Assembly: GCA_965215015.1 (NCBI GenBank)
Contig: OZ244042.1
Location: forward strand, 608,001 to 672,000
Source of the DNA: Candidatus Poribacteria bacterium
Lineage (GTDB): Bacteria; Poribacteria; WGA-4E; PCPOR2b
Length of the DNA stretch: 64,000 nt
Direction of reading: 5' to 3'
The notes beneath the pieces were generated by a model, which was not told where the DNA came from, ran no database searches, and was given only the letters and a program-made list of their open reading frames with translations. Of this stretch, positions 30,080-39,325 are shown in pieces (positions within the stretch are counted from its first letter, which is position 1; each line of letters starts with the position of its first letter). Made by a program: the position numbers and the translations under genes.

Positions 30080-31552
30080 TCAAACCGAATCCAACGGAAA
30101 GATTGGTCGCCGCACGTTCTGATACGTAAAATGCAGCGGATTCACCGCCGTCAGTCCGGGGGTGTCAACCTCAATAATCTTCCCTGCGATAGGCTCATAG
30201 GCTGCACGATAAGCAATGGCAGCCTTGACAACGATATATTTCATCTGCCGTGGATTAATTCCCAAACTGAAAAGTTGATGCAGACTGAATGGCACTTGAC
30301 GTTTGCTCGTTAGAACAATCTGGTTCTTCTCTTCAATTTCTACAACTGCTGTGATACCTTGATCTTGGTATCGCTGACCACCGTGCCGCGGCTCTGTTTC
30401 TTCGTAGTAACCGTCGTGGATGAGACGGACATGCCCACGGATTGGGACTGGTGAGCCGTGTAGGTCGTCGGATTTCCCACCGACGGTCAAATCAACTGTC
30501 CCGCGAACACCCGCCTGAATACACGCTTCCACCTCCTGCGGTGCATAGAGGATACAAACGAACCCGTCCGCTTTCTGCCGCACCAGTTCACTCAAAATAA
30601 ACGTGCTGTCTCCCGGCGAACCGCCCCCAATGTTATCTCCCATCTCGACTAGTATAACGGGGTGTGCCTCGCTTTCCATTGCTTGCACCACTGCTGCTGC
30701 TGCATCTAGAAGGTTGATGTCCAACTGATTGTGTACATTCCACAGCATCTGCGATAACCGCTCCGCTTCTATTTGGGCGAGTTGTAAATCGTTATCGGTC
30801 ACAACAACGGCGGTGGGCCCAATCTCATAGACATCGGCGTACGGATACCCTGCCGCAATGTTTGCCGCGAGCACATTAGATCTGGTTTCCAGCTGTGCTG
30901 CCTCCTGAAGAATCGAGTGCATCGGCTCAACGTTGGTGTATTGATGTAGGATATTGAAAATCATCTGCGGCTTGGCGAGGGCTTGGGTTGGCTTAATTTC
31001 CGCGCGAACCGTACGCGTCAGAATCTCTGCGGCTTGGATTCCACGCTGGCGCTGATCGATGTGTGGATTCGTTTTGTAGATGACCAACGCCGTTGATTCC
31101 GCGACCATCCGTTCAGAGACATTCGTGTGGTGGTCAAGCGTGGAGACGATGGGAAAATCGCTGCCCAACGCACGGCGCATCCGGCGGAGCACCTCACCAT
31201 CGCCATCGGGATAGCTTTCAACGACCATCGCACCATGCAGGGCAAGTAACACCCCATCAAGATTGCACACTGACTGAACGCGCTGGATCAGTTCAGTAAC
31301 AATCTCGTTAAAGACCTCATCAGTCACTCTGCCCGCAGGTGTGGCTGCAGCCACCAGGGTTGGGTGCAAGTTCCAGTCATATACTGATGCGCCTTCGATA
31401 AAGCCGCCAATCTCATGATGGGCTTCTCCCCAAATATCAAGGATGTTATCATCGAAGATTAGGTGCCCGGACTCAAATGCAGCACGGTCTGTCGGTACAT
31501 TGCTGAACGTGTTAGACTCGTGCATGATGCCCCCAATTGCGATGGTTGCCAT
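30080..31552 (-). CDS. M81 family metallopeptidase (MlrC-like)
   Basis: HESNTF, LHGAM, TLDHH, PHID, GDNIGGG and VVK. Confidence 0.92.
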   Translation of the reverse strand: MATIAIGGIMHESNTFSNVPTDRAAFESGHLIFDDNILDIWGEAHHEIGGFIEGASVYDWNLHPTLVAAATPAGRVTDEVFNEIVTELIQRVQSVCNLDGVLLALHGAMVVESYPDGDGEVLRRMRRALGSDFPIVSTLDHHTNVSERMVAESTALVIYKTNPHIDQRQRGIQAAEILTRTVRAEIKPTQALAKPQMIFNILHQYTNVEPMHSILQEAAQLETRSNVLAANIAAGYPYADVYEIGPTAVVVTDNDLQLAQIEAERLSQMLWNVHNQLDINLLDAAAAVVQAMESEAHPVILVEMGDNIGGGSPGDSTFILSELVRQKADGFVCILYAPQEVEACIQAGVRGTVDLTVGGKSDDLHGSPVPIRGHVRLIHDGYYEETEPRHGGQRYQDQGITAVVEIEEKNQIVLTSKRQVPFSLHQLFSLGINPRQMKYIVVKAAIAYRAAYEPIAGKIIEVDTPGLTAVNPLHFTYQNVRRPIFPLDSV

Positions 31553-31646
31553 AATCTTTCCCTTCCCCGTATTGACATACTCCTACCCCCTAAAGGAAGG
31601 GATTCTCACCCGTCCCAATAGGACTGGAATTGTGCTATCTGCAAAG

Positions 31647-32134
31647 TTAGCCGTGCGAACACGGTCTTACAACTTCTTCTGCCAGGGTTGATACCCCAAC
31701 CCTATACGCGGTGTTGCAATCTCTATCCAATTGTGTATGGCAGTTTGGACACTACCACGTCCTATCTTGCAGATTGAACGCTTCATTGATTGCACTGCAA
31801 GCCGATCAGGCCTGGCTCGAAGGATACCACTTATCAATGAAAGTGATGGTTTTGCCCTTCTTTTTTGTCAATACGAGCTACTACGTCCTGACGAGCTACT
31901 ACGTCCTGAATCGCTTGGCTTGGCAACTGGTTCCAATGAGTAAAACGAGGCAATCGCTTGCGTTTGACAATATGATTTATCTATCTAAACTTGCTGATAT
32001 ATTTGCCGTAAATTGCATAGTACCGACGTTGGGGCGCAATATAGTGATTCCAGACGTGAGCGTGCCCTTCTATCATTTTGTGCAACTCACGCTTGCTGTG
32101 ATTGGCTATACATTTTGAACTAGTAGGTTTTCAT
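31647..32134 (-). pseudogene. tnpB: tnpB remnant with large internal deletion and stops
   Basis: MKTY*FKMY...VWNHYIA..RRYY...LPSQAIQDVVAR joined to KKGKTITFIDKWYPSSQA*SAC...DRTW*CPNCHTQLDRDCN..RVGVSTL. Confidence 0.88.
31873..31908. repeat. Perfect 18-bp tandem duplication inside the tnpB remnant
   Basis: ACGAGCTACTACGTCCTG twice. Confidence 0.95.
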
Positions 32135-32292
32135 CGGAGTGGCTTTCTGTCTTTCATATCCATTTCTAACGGATGTGGGAAGCACCGAAACACCCGGCTA
32201 GTTCACACCGTGTTGGGTAAATTGAGCCCTGACGGGTAAGGGGACTGGATGGGTATTTGGTAGCGTAGAACCTTCCCACGAAAGCCAAGACA

Positions 32293-32321
32293 AGTCTACC
32301 CTATTTTATCGACAATTTCAA
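32293..32321 (-). promoter_or_regulatory. IS-internal sigma70-like promoter facing tnpB
   Basis: TTGAAA-N17-TAGACT. Confidence 0.6.
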
Positions 32322-32415
32322 CCTTTTTTGCTTAACCACGCGCTTTGGCTGGCTACATCCCCTCCCTAAAGAGTTTGGGCTGCGGGGTCTTGCCAGCAAG
32401 ATTGATAAATTGCGA

Positions 32416-32444
32416 TTGAATTTCCGCATTATCTATGCTATTAT
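32416..32444 (+). promoter_or_regulatory. Sigma70-like promoter
   Basis: TTGAAT-N17-TATTAT with a TG extension. Confidence 0.5.
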
Positions 32445-32563
32445 TGGTACATTCACCAATGGGTTTAGCTCAAGTAGATATTATATCAGTTTTTAGTAAA
32501 GGATGCAAAGGGGCAGATAGATAACAGCTTGCTCCGGTGCAAAATTTCTTACGAGGTGATTCA

Positions 32564-33463
32564 ATGAAAGTTGCTTATGCGTTTCGTCGAGGGGTCTTGT
32601 ACCCACATCAAGACGGAGGTATCGGATCGAAGGAACATCGTAGCGCGTTTTTGAAAAAAGCGAAAGAGATTGGCTTTGATGGGATTGAGCTGGGTGCCAG
32701 TGTGTTGGACCAACCGGATGTCGCATCGCTCCGATCGGAGCTTGAAGATGCCGGTATACCGTGTGTTGCCATACGCGGCGGCGGCAGCTTTATAAATCCA
32801 CTTACCGCTACGAGAGCAAACAAGCAGTGGGAGCAAATTATCGGTTTTGCTGCACAGATCGGTGCCGGGGTGGTCAATTCAACTGTTGGTGGCAGCCCAG
32901 CTCCAGATCCGCGGGGAATCGGCACATATCGCGGGGAGCGGATATCCCAAGGGGCTAGCCGGACTGCAAGAGCAGAGGATTATGAACGCACCGCCCGTGG
33001 GCTCTCCGGAGCTGCGAAGGTCGCCGCGGATCATGGCTTGGAACTTTCGATCGAGATCCACCAGAACACGATAGTTGATAACAGTTGGTCTGCTTTACAC
33101 CTGCTGGAACTCATCGATCAACCCAACGTCGGTATCAATCCTGACCTCGGTAACATCTATTGGACTTATGACATCCCAGAGGAGTCGTGCGAAGATGCCA
33201 TCGCTGCCCTCGCGCCCCATTGCAATTATTGGCACTGCAAGAATCTGAATCGCGTCCATATCCCCGACCTTGAAAAGTCGATTCTATTACAAGCCCCGAT
33301 TCCCAATGGTGACATTGATTACCGGTTCGCAATCTCGGCGATGCTGGATGCAGGCTACAGCGGTTATCTCGCTATCGAAGGTATGCGTCTCGGCGATCAA
33401 TTCCACGGTGATGGAAAAAGCGTTGCTTACGTGAAATCGGTGGAGGCAGAGCTAGGTGAGTAA
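32564..33463 (+). CDS. Sugar phosphate isomerase/epimerase family protein
   Basis: GFDGIEL, SIEIHQ, NPDLGN, WHCKN and LAIEG; ATG 32564 follows GAGGTG. Confidence 0.88.
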   Translation: MKVAYAFRRGVLYPHQDGGIGSKEHRSAFLKKAKEIGFDGIELGASVLDQPDVASLRSELEDAGIPCVAIRGGGSFINPLTATRANKQWEQIIGFAAQIGAGVVNSTVGGSPAPDPRGIGTYRGERISQGASRTARAEDYERTARGLSGAAKVAADHGLELSIEIHQNTIVDNSWSALHLLELIDQPNVGINPDLGNIYWTYDIPEESCEDAIAALAPHCNYWHCKNLNRVHIPDLEKSILLQAPIPNGDIDYRFAISAMLDAGYSGYLAIEGMRLGDQFHGDGKSVAYVKSVEAELGE

Positions 33464-33554
33464 GTTCAGTTATGAGTAAATGGGTTGCAGGGTTGCCCAT
33501 TTACTCGTCTATCCTCTTGCCTGAAAAGCTACACATGCTCAGTAAAGGAGCTCT

Positions 33555-34085
33555 ATGGACAAAAAAGAGCTTGCAAAACGGATTAAAACCGCTTCGTATT
33601 TGACAGGACAATTCATGCTTCGGTCTGGAAAAACTAGTTCGTTCTATTGGGACAAGTACCGCTTTGAGAGTGATCCGGTGGTGTTGGAGGCAATTGTGGA
33701 TGAGTTGCAAAAACTTTTACCCCCTTCTTTCGACAAGATCGCCGGTTTAGAGTTGGGTGGCGTTCCACTTGCGGCCGGGCTGTCCTTCAAAACAGGGAAA
33801 TCGTGTCTATATGTTCGCAAAGAACCCAAAACCTATGGCACCTGCAATTTGGTGGAAGGTGGATTTCAAGCAGGTGAAACGGCCTTGGTGATAGAAGATG
33901 TGGTCACGACCGCTGGACAGATACGGACCTCGGTTTGTCAGATGCGGGAGCTTGGGCTACAGGTTGAGCATGCTTTTTGCGTCATCGATCGGGAGAGTGG
34001 TGGACGTGAGAATCTAGCGGAGATTGGATGTTCTCTCACGTCGGTTTTTACGTTGGGGGAACTGGAGCAATTAGCGCAGGCATAG
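33555..34085 (+). CDS. pyrE: Orotate phosphoribosyltransferase
   Basis: GQFMLRSGKTSSFY, GLELGGVP, VRKEPKTYG and IEDVVTTAG. Confidence 0.9.
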   Translation: MDKKELAKRIKTASYLTGQFMLRSGKTSSFYWDKYRFESDPVVLEAIVDELQKLLPPSFDKIAGLELGGVPLAAGLSFKTGKSCLYVRKEPKTYGTCNLVEGGFQAGETALVIEDVVTTAGQIRTSVCQMRELGLQVEHAFCVIDRESGGRENLAEIGCSLTSVFTLGELEQLAQA

Positions 34086-34157
34086 TTGTATTGGTAAGAG
34101 CATTCCAGCACTAGAACTGGTCATTAAGGATTTACGAGATTTGATTGAGAGGTAATA

Positions 34158-34961
34158 TTGAAAATTCTATTTATTGGAGACATCTTTGGGGGCCCCGGAC
34201 GGAAAGCTCTTGCGAATCTCCTACCGCATCTGACTGAAAAAGCCGGTGGATTTGATGCAGTCATCGTCAACGGAGAAAACGCCGCCGGTGGCAAAGGGTT
34301 GACCCAATCGGTGCTCGACGAAATCCTAGAGTTAGAGGTTGATGTCATAACGACTGGAAACCATATCTGGGATAATCGTGACATCTTTAGGTTCATTGAT
34401 ACAGAGCCAAATCTTGTTCGCCCAGCAAATTTTCCGAAAGGTACGCCAGGACGCGGCTGGCTTGTCGCCACCGCAGCTTCGGGAACGCGGATCGGTGTGA
34501 TGAACATCGCAGGCCAACTTTATATGGACAGCTACGAGAATCCGTTTCACACCTTCGATGCCATCCTTCCACAGATCCAGGCGCGGACTCGCTTCATCCT
34601 CCTCGATTTCCACGCAGAAGCGACAGCGGAGAAGATTGCAATGGGTTGGTACGCGGACGGAAAAGTGAGTGCTATCGTGGGCACCCATACCCACGTTCAG
34701 ACAGCCGACGAACAGATCCTCCCGCAAGGTACCGCTTACATCACGGATGTCGGTATGACAGGACCCCACGACTCGGTGATTGGCATGAAAAAGGAGGAGG
34801 TAATCGAGCGCTTTCGGACAATGCTGCCCCGTCGCTATCAGGTTGCGAGCAGCAATATCATCCTCTGTGGGGTTATTCTGGAGTTAGATGATGAGACCGG
34901 CAAGGCACTCGCCATTCAGCGTATTCGCCTGCCTATGAGCGACGTGATCAAAGCGCAGTAG
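34158..34961 (+). CDS. ymdB: YmdB-family metallophosphoesterase (TIGR00282 type)
   Basis: GDIFG, NGENAAGG, TGNH, RPAN, DFHAEAT, GTHTHV and TDVGMTG. Confidence 0.93.
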   Translation: MKILFIGDIFGGPGRKALANLLPHLTEKAGGFDAVIVNGENAAGGKGLTQSVLDEILELEVDVITTGNHIWDNRDIFRFIDTEPNLVRPANFPKGTPGRGWLVATAASGTRIGVMNIAGQLYMDSYENPFHTFDAILPQIQARTRFILLDFHAEATAEKIAMGWYADGKVSAIVGTHTHVQTADEQILPQGTAYITDVGMTGPHDSVIGMKKEEVIERFRTMLPRRYQVASSNIILCGVILELDDETGKALAIQRIRLPMSDVIKAQ

Positions 34962-34996
34962 TTCAGTCATTATATTTTTAGGTTATATATTTTCTC

Positions 34997-36214
34997 ATGA
35001 TGTTTCCAACAGGTAAGGTTTACAAAGTCCACGAAATCACACAAATCTTGCAAGGCATTTTGCAATCGGAGCCAATACTTCAAGATTTATGGCTTGAGGG
35101 TGAGATCTCGAACTTAGCGCGTCCCTCTTCCGGGCACGTCTACTTTACGCTCAAGGACAACAATAGTCAGATTCAGTGTGCTATTTTTCGTCTTGCCGCC
35201 TCCCGTCTACGATTTCCGTTGCAAAACGGGGATGCTGTGTTTGTCAATGGGCGGCTTACCATCTACGATGCACGAAGTCAGTATCAGATTATTGGCCAGC
35301 GTGTCGTGCCTGCCGGCGTGGGAGAGTTACAATTGGCTTTCGAGCGGCTCAAGGAACAGCTTGCTGCAGAAGGGTTGTTTGATCCAATCCATAAAAAGCC
35401 GCTACCGAAATTTCCACAGAAGATTGGTCTTATCACCTCCGCAACAGGGGCAGCTATCCGTGATATCCTCCGAATGTTGCAAACACGTTATCCCGCAGTG
35501 GAAGTGCTTCTATTTCCGACCCTCGTGCAAGGAGAAGGGGCCGCGGCAGAGATTGCCCACGCCATTAAGTGCATGAACGGTCTGCCGGGGCTAGATCTCC
35601 TAATTGTTGGCAGAGGGGGCGGGTCGATCGAAGATTTGTGGGCGTTCAACGAAGAGGTTGTTGCCCGCGCGCTTTTTGCGTCGCATATTCCCACTGTATC
35701 CGCTGTGGGTCACGAGACCGATGTTACCATTGCAGACCTCGTTGCGGACCATCGCGCTCCGACGCCTTCTGCAGCGGTTGAAAACATCGTCCCAGATCAG
35801 GAGGAACTTCATCAGCAACTTGCTGCCATCAGGTATAATTTAGTACGTAACATCGCTGGACAGGTTGATGTCCTACGGACAAGGCTAGAAAATATACAGA
35901 GCCGTATCCCAGCAATCCATCGGATTGATGCAATTAACCGCCTTCGACAGGTGATTGATCAGCTTGATATCAGAGGACAGCGAGCGACCACACAACAGTT
36001 AAATGGCAAACGGCGATCTTGGCAAGTTACTGCCGCTCAGTTGGATACGCTAAGCCCTTTGGCAACACTGGCCCGTGGATACAGTATCTGCAAAGATTCA
36101 AGTGAGAAAACGGTTACAGATGCCGCGCAGGTCAGTGTTGGCGAAGAGGTTAAGCTCCGACTTTCGCGGGGGCAGTTAACATGTCGTGTGTTGAAAGGAG
36201 AGATAGATGTCTGA
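34997..36214 (+). CDS. xseA: Exodeoxyribonuclease VII large subunit
   Basis: GEISN, SGHVYFTLKD, RGGGSIEDLWAFN, SAVGHETD and RAPTPS. Confidence 0.97.
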   Translation: MMFPTGKVYKVHEITQILQGILQSEPILQDLWLEGEISNLARPSSGHVYFTLKDNNSQIQCAIFRLAASRLRFPLQNGDAVFVNGRLTIYDARSQYQIIGQRVVPAGVGELQLAFERLKEQLAAEGLFDPIHKKPLPKFPQKIGLITSATGAAIRDILRMLQTRYPAVEVLLFPTLVQGEGAAAEIAHAIKCMNGLPGLDLLIVGRGGGSIEDLWAFNEEVVARALFASHIPTVSAVGHETDVTIADLVADHRAPTPSAAVENIVPDQEELHQQLAAIRYNLVRNIAGQVDVLRTRLENIQSRIPAIHRIDAINRLRQVIDQLDIRGQRATTQQLNGKRRSWQVTAAQLDTLSPLATLARGYSICKDSSEKTVTDAAQVSVGEEVKLRLSRGQLTCRVLKGEIDV

Positions 36215-36452
36215 AAAGATGAGCTTTGAGGAAGCCTTAATCAAACTTGAAAAAGCGGTTGCCCAGCTTGAGCGGGGAGATGTTTTGACTCTGGATGAAT
36301 CATTGCAAGTATTTGAGGAAGGCGTCCACTTGACGCGGCTCTGCCGAGAGAAACTTGATGCGGCAGAATTGCGTGTGCAACAACTAGTTGAAGTTGATGA
36401 AGATGTATTTGAAATGGCACCGTTTGAAGTGGAAGATGACAAAGAAATCTAA
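36207..36452 (+). CDS. xseB: Exodeoxyribonuclease VII small subunit
   Basis: SFEEAL..LE...LDESL..FEEGV.L...C; overlaps xseA. Confidence 0.95.
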   Translation: MSEKMSFEEALIKLEKAVAQLERGDVLTLDESLQVFEEGVHLTRLCREKLDAAELRVQQLVEVDEDVFEMAPFEVEDDKEI

Positions 36453-36515
36453 TCATTCGTCGTAGGGGATAAAGCACTTTGTCCTTATTTACTGATTGTT
36501 ACAAGGAGCTTTGGA

Positions 36516-38381
36516 ATGTTTTTAGAAAAAATCGATTCACCTACGGATCTTAAATCACTAAATACCAATGAACTGAAAGAACTCGCTGAAGAGATGCGTG
36601 GGTATCTTCTTTCGGTGCTATCAGAACATCCCGGACACTTTGCACCTAACTTAGGGACGGTTGAGCTAGCTATCGCCCTCCATTATGTGTTCGATACCCC
36701 GCGTGATCAAGTGATCTGGGACATCGGACATCAGGCTTACCCACACAAACTCCTCACAGGGCGCCGCGATGCGTTTCCGACACTTCGCCAGTATGGTGGT
36801 ATCAGTGGGTTTCTCAGTCGGGCCGAAAGTAAGTACGATGTGTTTGGTGCCGGACATTCAAGCACATCGCTTGCAGCGGCGTTGGGGATTGCCACCGCTC
36901 GTGACCTCAACAACGAAGATTATAAGGTAGTCGCTGTCATTGGGGATGGCGGATTGACAGGAGGGATGGCGTTCGAGGGATTGAATACAGCAGGCGATTT
37001 TAAAAAAGATATGCTCGTCATCCTAAATGACAATCAGATGTCCATCTCCCAGACAGTGGGTGCGTTCTCAAAATATCTGCACCGCCTCTTAACCAATCCG
37101 ACCTACAATGCCCTCCGCTCCAGCGCGAAAGAGATTGTGAAGCGAATTGCCCCGGAGGTGAAGCCTGTTGCTAAACGGATTGAAGCTGCTCTCAAGCCCG
37201 GTACACTGTTTGAGGAATTTGGGTTTCGTTATTTCGGTCCCCTTGATGGCAACGACTTGGAGGCATTGTTGCCCGTGCTTGAGGGCGTGCGATCTCTACA
37301 ACAACCGATTTTGCTTCACGTTGTCACCCAGAAAGGGAGAGGATATCCTCCTGCCGAAACGGATTCAGAGACCTTTTACAGCATCAGTGGCAAGTTTGAC
37401 CTCGCAACCGGTAAATCGCTTGTCCCCAACTCCCCCATCCCGACGTATACCAATATTTTTAGCAGCACATTAATCGAACTTGCCAAACAAGACTCCCGAA
37501 TTGTTGCTATAACCGCCGCCATGCCAAACGGCACGGGGTTAGATAAATTCCAAGAGGTATTTCCTAATCGTTTCTTCGACGTTGGCTTGGCAGAGCAGTG
37601 TGCTGTCACCTTTGCGGCAGGGTTGGCGACCCAAGGCGTTAAGCCGGTTGCGGCAATTTATTCTACCTTCCTGCAACGCGGTTACGATCAATTGGTTCAC
37701 GATATATGCATCCAGAATCTGCCTGTTATCTTCGTGCTAGATCGCGCTGGACTTGTCGGGGCAGATGGACCGACGCATCATGGCGTCTTCGATTTTGCGT
37801 ATCTGCGTTCTCTGCCAAACATGGTGGTGATGGCCCCAAAAGATGAAGACGAACTCCAGCACATGGTGAAAACCGCGGTTGAGTATGAAAAGGGACCCAT
37901 TGCTGTCCGCTATCCCCGTGGGTCCGGTTTAGGCGTTCCAATGGCGAACCAATTCCAATCCTTACCCATTGGGAAAGGTGAAGTCTTACGTAATGGTAAT
38001 GACCTGTTGATTCTGGCGATTGGAAATCGCGTCCAACCGGCACTCGATGCAGCGGAGACATTGGCAGATTCAGGAGTATCAGCAACGGTGGTCAATGCAC
38101 GATTTGTCAAGCCGCTTGATGACCGGCTCATCCTTCCGCTTGCCTCGCGGCTGCGGAAAGTAATTACGGTTGAGGATGGCGTGTTGATGGGCGGATTTGG
38201 CAGCGCGGTTTTGGAAATGTTCACAGAGAGTGGATTAACAGATGTGCGGGTCAAACGCCTCGGTATTTCCGATCAGTTCGTCGAACATGGAGATGTCAAA
38301 ACCTTGTATGAACAGTGTGAATTAGATGAAGAAGCGATCGTCCAAGAGGGATTGAAATTTGTAAATGAGCAGATCCGCTAA
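36516..38381 (+). CDS. dxs: 1-deoxy-D-xylulose-5-phosphate synthase
   Basis: WDIGHQAYPHK, GHSSTS, GDGGLTGG, LNDN, YSTFLQR and DRAGLVGADGPTHHG. Confidence 0.97.
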   Translation: MFLEKIDSPTDLKSLNTNELKELAEEMRGYLLSVLSEHPGHFAPNLGTVELAIALHYVFDTPRDQVIWDIGHQAYPHKLLTGRRDAFPTLRQYGGISGFLSRAESKYDVFGAGHSSTSLAAALGIATARDLNNEDYKVVAVIGDGGLTGGMAFEGLNTAGDFKKDMLVILNDNQMSISQTVGAFSKYLHRLLTNPTYNALRSSAKEIVKRIAPEVKPVAKRIEAALKPGTLFEEFGFRYFGPLDGNDLEALLPVLEGVRSLQQPILLHVVTQKGRGYPPAETDSETFYSISGKFDLATGKSLVPNSPIPTYTNIFSSTLIELAKQDSRIVAITAAMPNGTGLDKFQEVFPNRFFDVGLAEQCAVTFAAGLATQGVKPVAAIYSTFLQRGYDQLVHDICIQNLPVIFVLDRAGLVGADGPTHHGVFDFAYLRSLPNMVVMAPKDEDELQHMVKTAVEYEKGPIAVRYPRGSGLGVPMANQFQSLPIGKGEVLRNGNDLLILAIGNRVQPALDAAETLADSGVSATVVNARFVKPLDDRLILPLASRLRKVITVEDGVLMGGFGSAVLEMFTESGLTDVRVKRLGISDQFVEHGDVKTLYEQCELDEEAIVQEGLKFVNEQIR

Positions 38382-38422
38382 TAGCCGAGGAGTACTTAGG
38401 CAATGCAGAACTTAAGACAAAT

Positions 38423-39307
38423 GTGGATGGCAGAATGGAAGACTGGAAGGATAGTGGCACCACCTCTAACATCTCACGTGTCACTCATCGCGCATCACAT
38501 AGTCAGAGCAAGCAGCGACTCGATACACTCGTCGTCCAACGTGGACTCGCCGAAAGCCGTGAACGAGCAAAGCGGTTAATTCTCGCTGGCGAAGTAGTTG
38601 TTTCGGGTAACACTCAGGTTAAGCCGGGGCAACTTATCTCATCGGCTGCAGAAATTGTGGTGAAACAGCCGCTACGGTACGTCAGTCGGGGCGGGTTGAA
38701 GCTAGAGAAGGCGTTGCAGGTTTTCCCAGTTGATGTGCGTGGCAGGGGCGCAATCGATGTCGGGGCATCAACCGGTGGGTTCACGGATTGCCTACTACAA
38801 CACGGCGCAAAGTTTGTATACGCGGTGGATGTCGGTCGAGGGCAACTGGCGTGGAAAATCCGTCAAGATCCACGTGTGTGTGTCATTGAGGGAACTAATA
38901 TCCGCACGATTGATGTAAACCGCTTTGCGCCGCCGGCCGAAATCGGTGTGGTTGATGTCTCGTTTATCTCTCTCCAAAAAATCCTACCGATTATCACCCA
39001 AATTGTTGATTCTATGGGAGATGTGCTTGCCTTGGTTAAACCACAATTTGAGGCGGGCCGCGAACACGTCGGCAAGGGCGGCGTCGTGCGGGAGGCGGGG
39101 GTTCACGTTCAGGTCCTCCGCGATCTTATCCAGTTCACCCATGGGCGGGGTTTATTTATTATGGGGATCTCCTATTCTCCGATTCGTGGACCTGCGGGAA
39201 ACATTGAGTACCTAATCTGGTTTAAGGTGGGGACGAAGGCCTCTTCAACCGATTGGGAGGAGCGTGCGGCGCAGGTAGTTCAAGAGGCTAGCACTAGTTT
39301 ACAATAA
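38423..39307 (+). CDS. tlyA: TlyA-family rRNA methyltransferase (start uncertain)
   Basis: S4 domain KQRLD, YVSRGGLKL, DVGASTGGFTD, DVSFISL, KPQFE and GNIEY. Confidence 0.93.
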   Translation: MDGRMEDWKDSGTTSNISRVTHRASHSQSKQRLDTLVVQRGLAESRERAKRLILAGEVVVSGNTQVKPGQLISSAAEIVVKQPLRYVSRGGLKLEKALQVFPVDVRGRGAIDVGASTGGFTDCLLQHGAKFVYAVDVGRGQLAWKIRQDPRVCVIEGTNIRTIDVNRFAPPAEIGVVDVSFISLQKILPIITQIVDSMGDVLALVKPQFEAGREHVGKGGVVREAGVHVQVLRDLIQFTHGRGLFIMGISYSPIRGPAGNIEYLIWFKVGTKASSTDWEERAAQVVQEASTSLQ

Positions 39308-39325
39308 TTTTAATGGGAGTGCATT

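Larger units (their letters stand above)
31572..32404 (-). mobile_element. Non-autonomous IS200/IS605-family (tnpB-only) element
   Basis: On the minus strand: TTTAT, left-end hairpin CTGGC..CCCC...GGGG..GCCAG (32349-32396), tnpB remnant, right-end hairpin GAATCCCTTCCTTTAGGGGGTAGGAG and terminal TCAA at 31572; no tnpA. Confidence 0.82.

Noticed and set aside
30080-31552. Microcystin degradation cluster
   Set aside because: M81/MlrC-like peptidases are widespread, and no mlrA, mlrB or mlrD genes are adjacent.
31647-32134. Miniature active TnpB or Cas12-like nuclease
   Set aside because: Multiple in-frame stops, a frameshift and loss of RuvC-I/II; the plus-strand ORFs 31711-32118 and 31731-31943 are antisense shadows.
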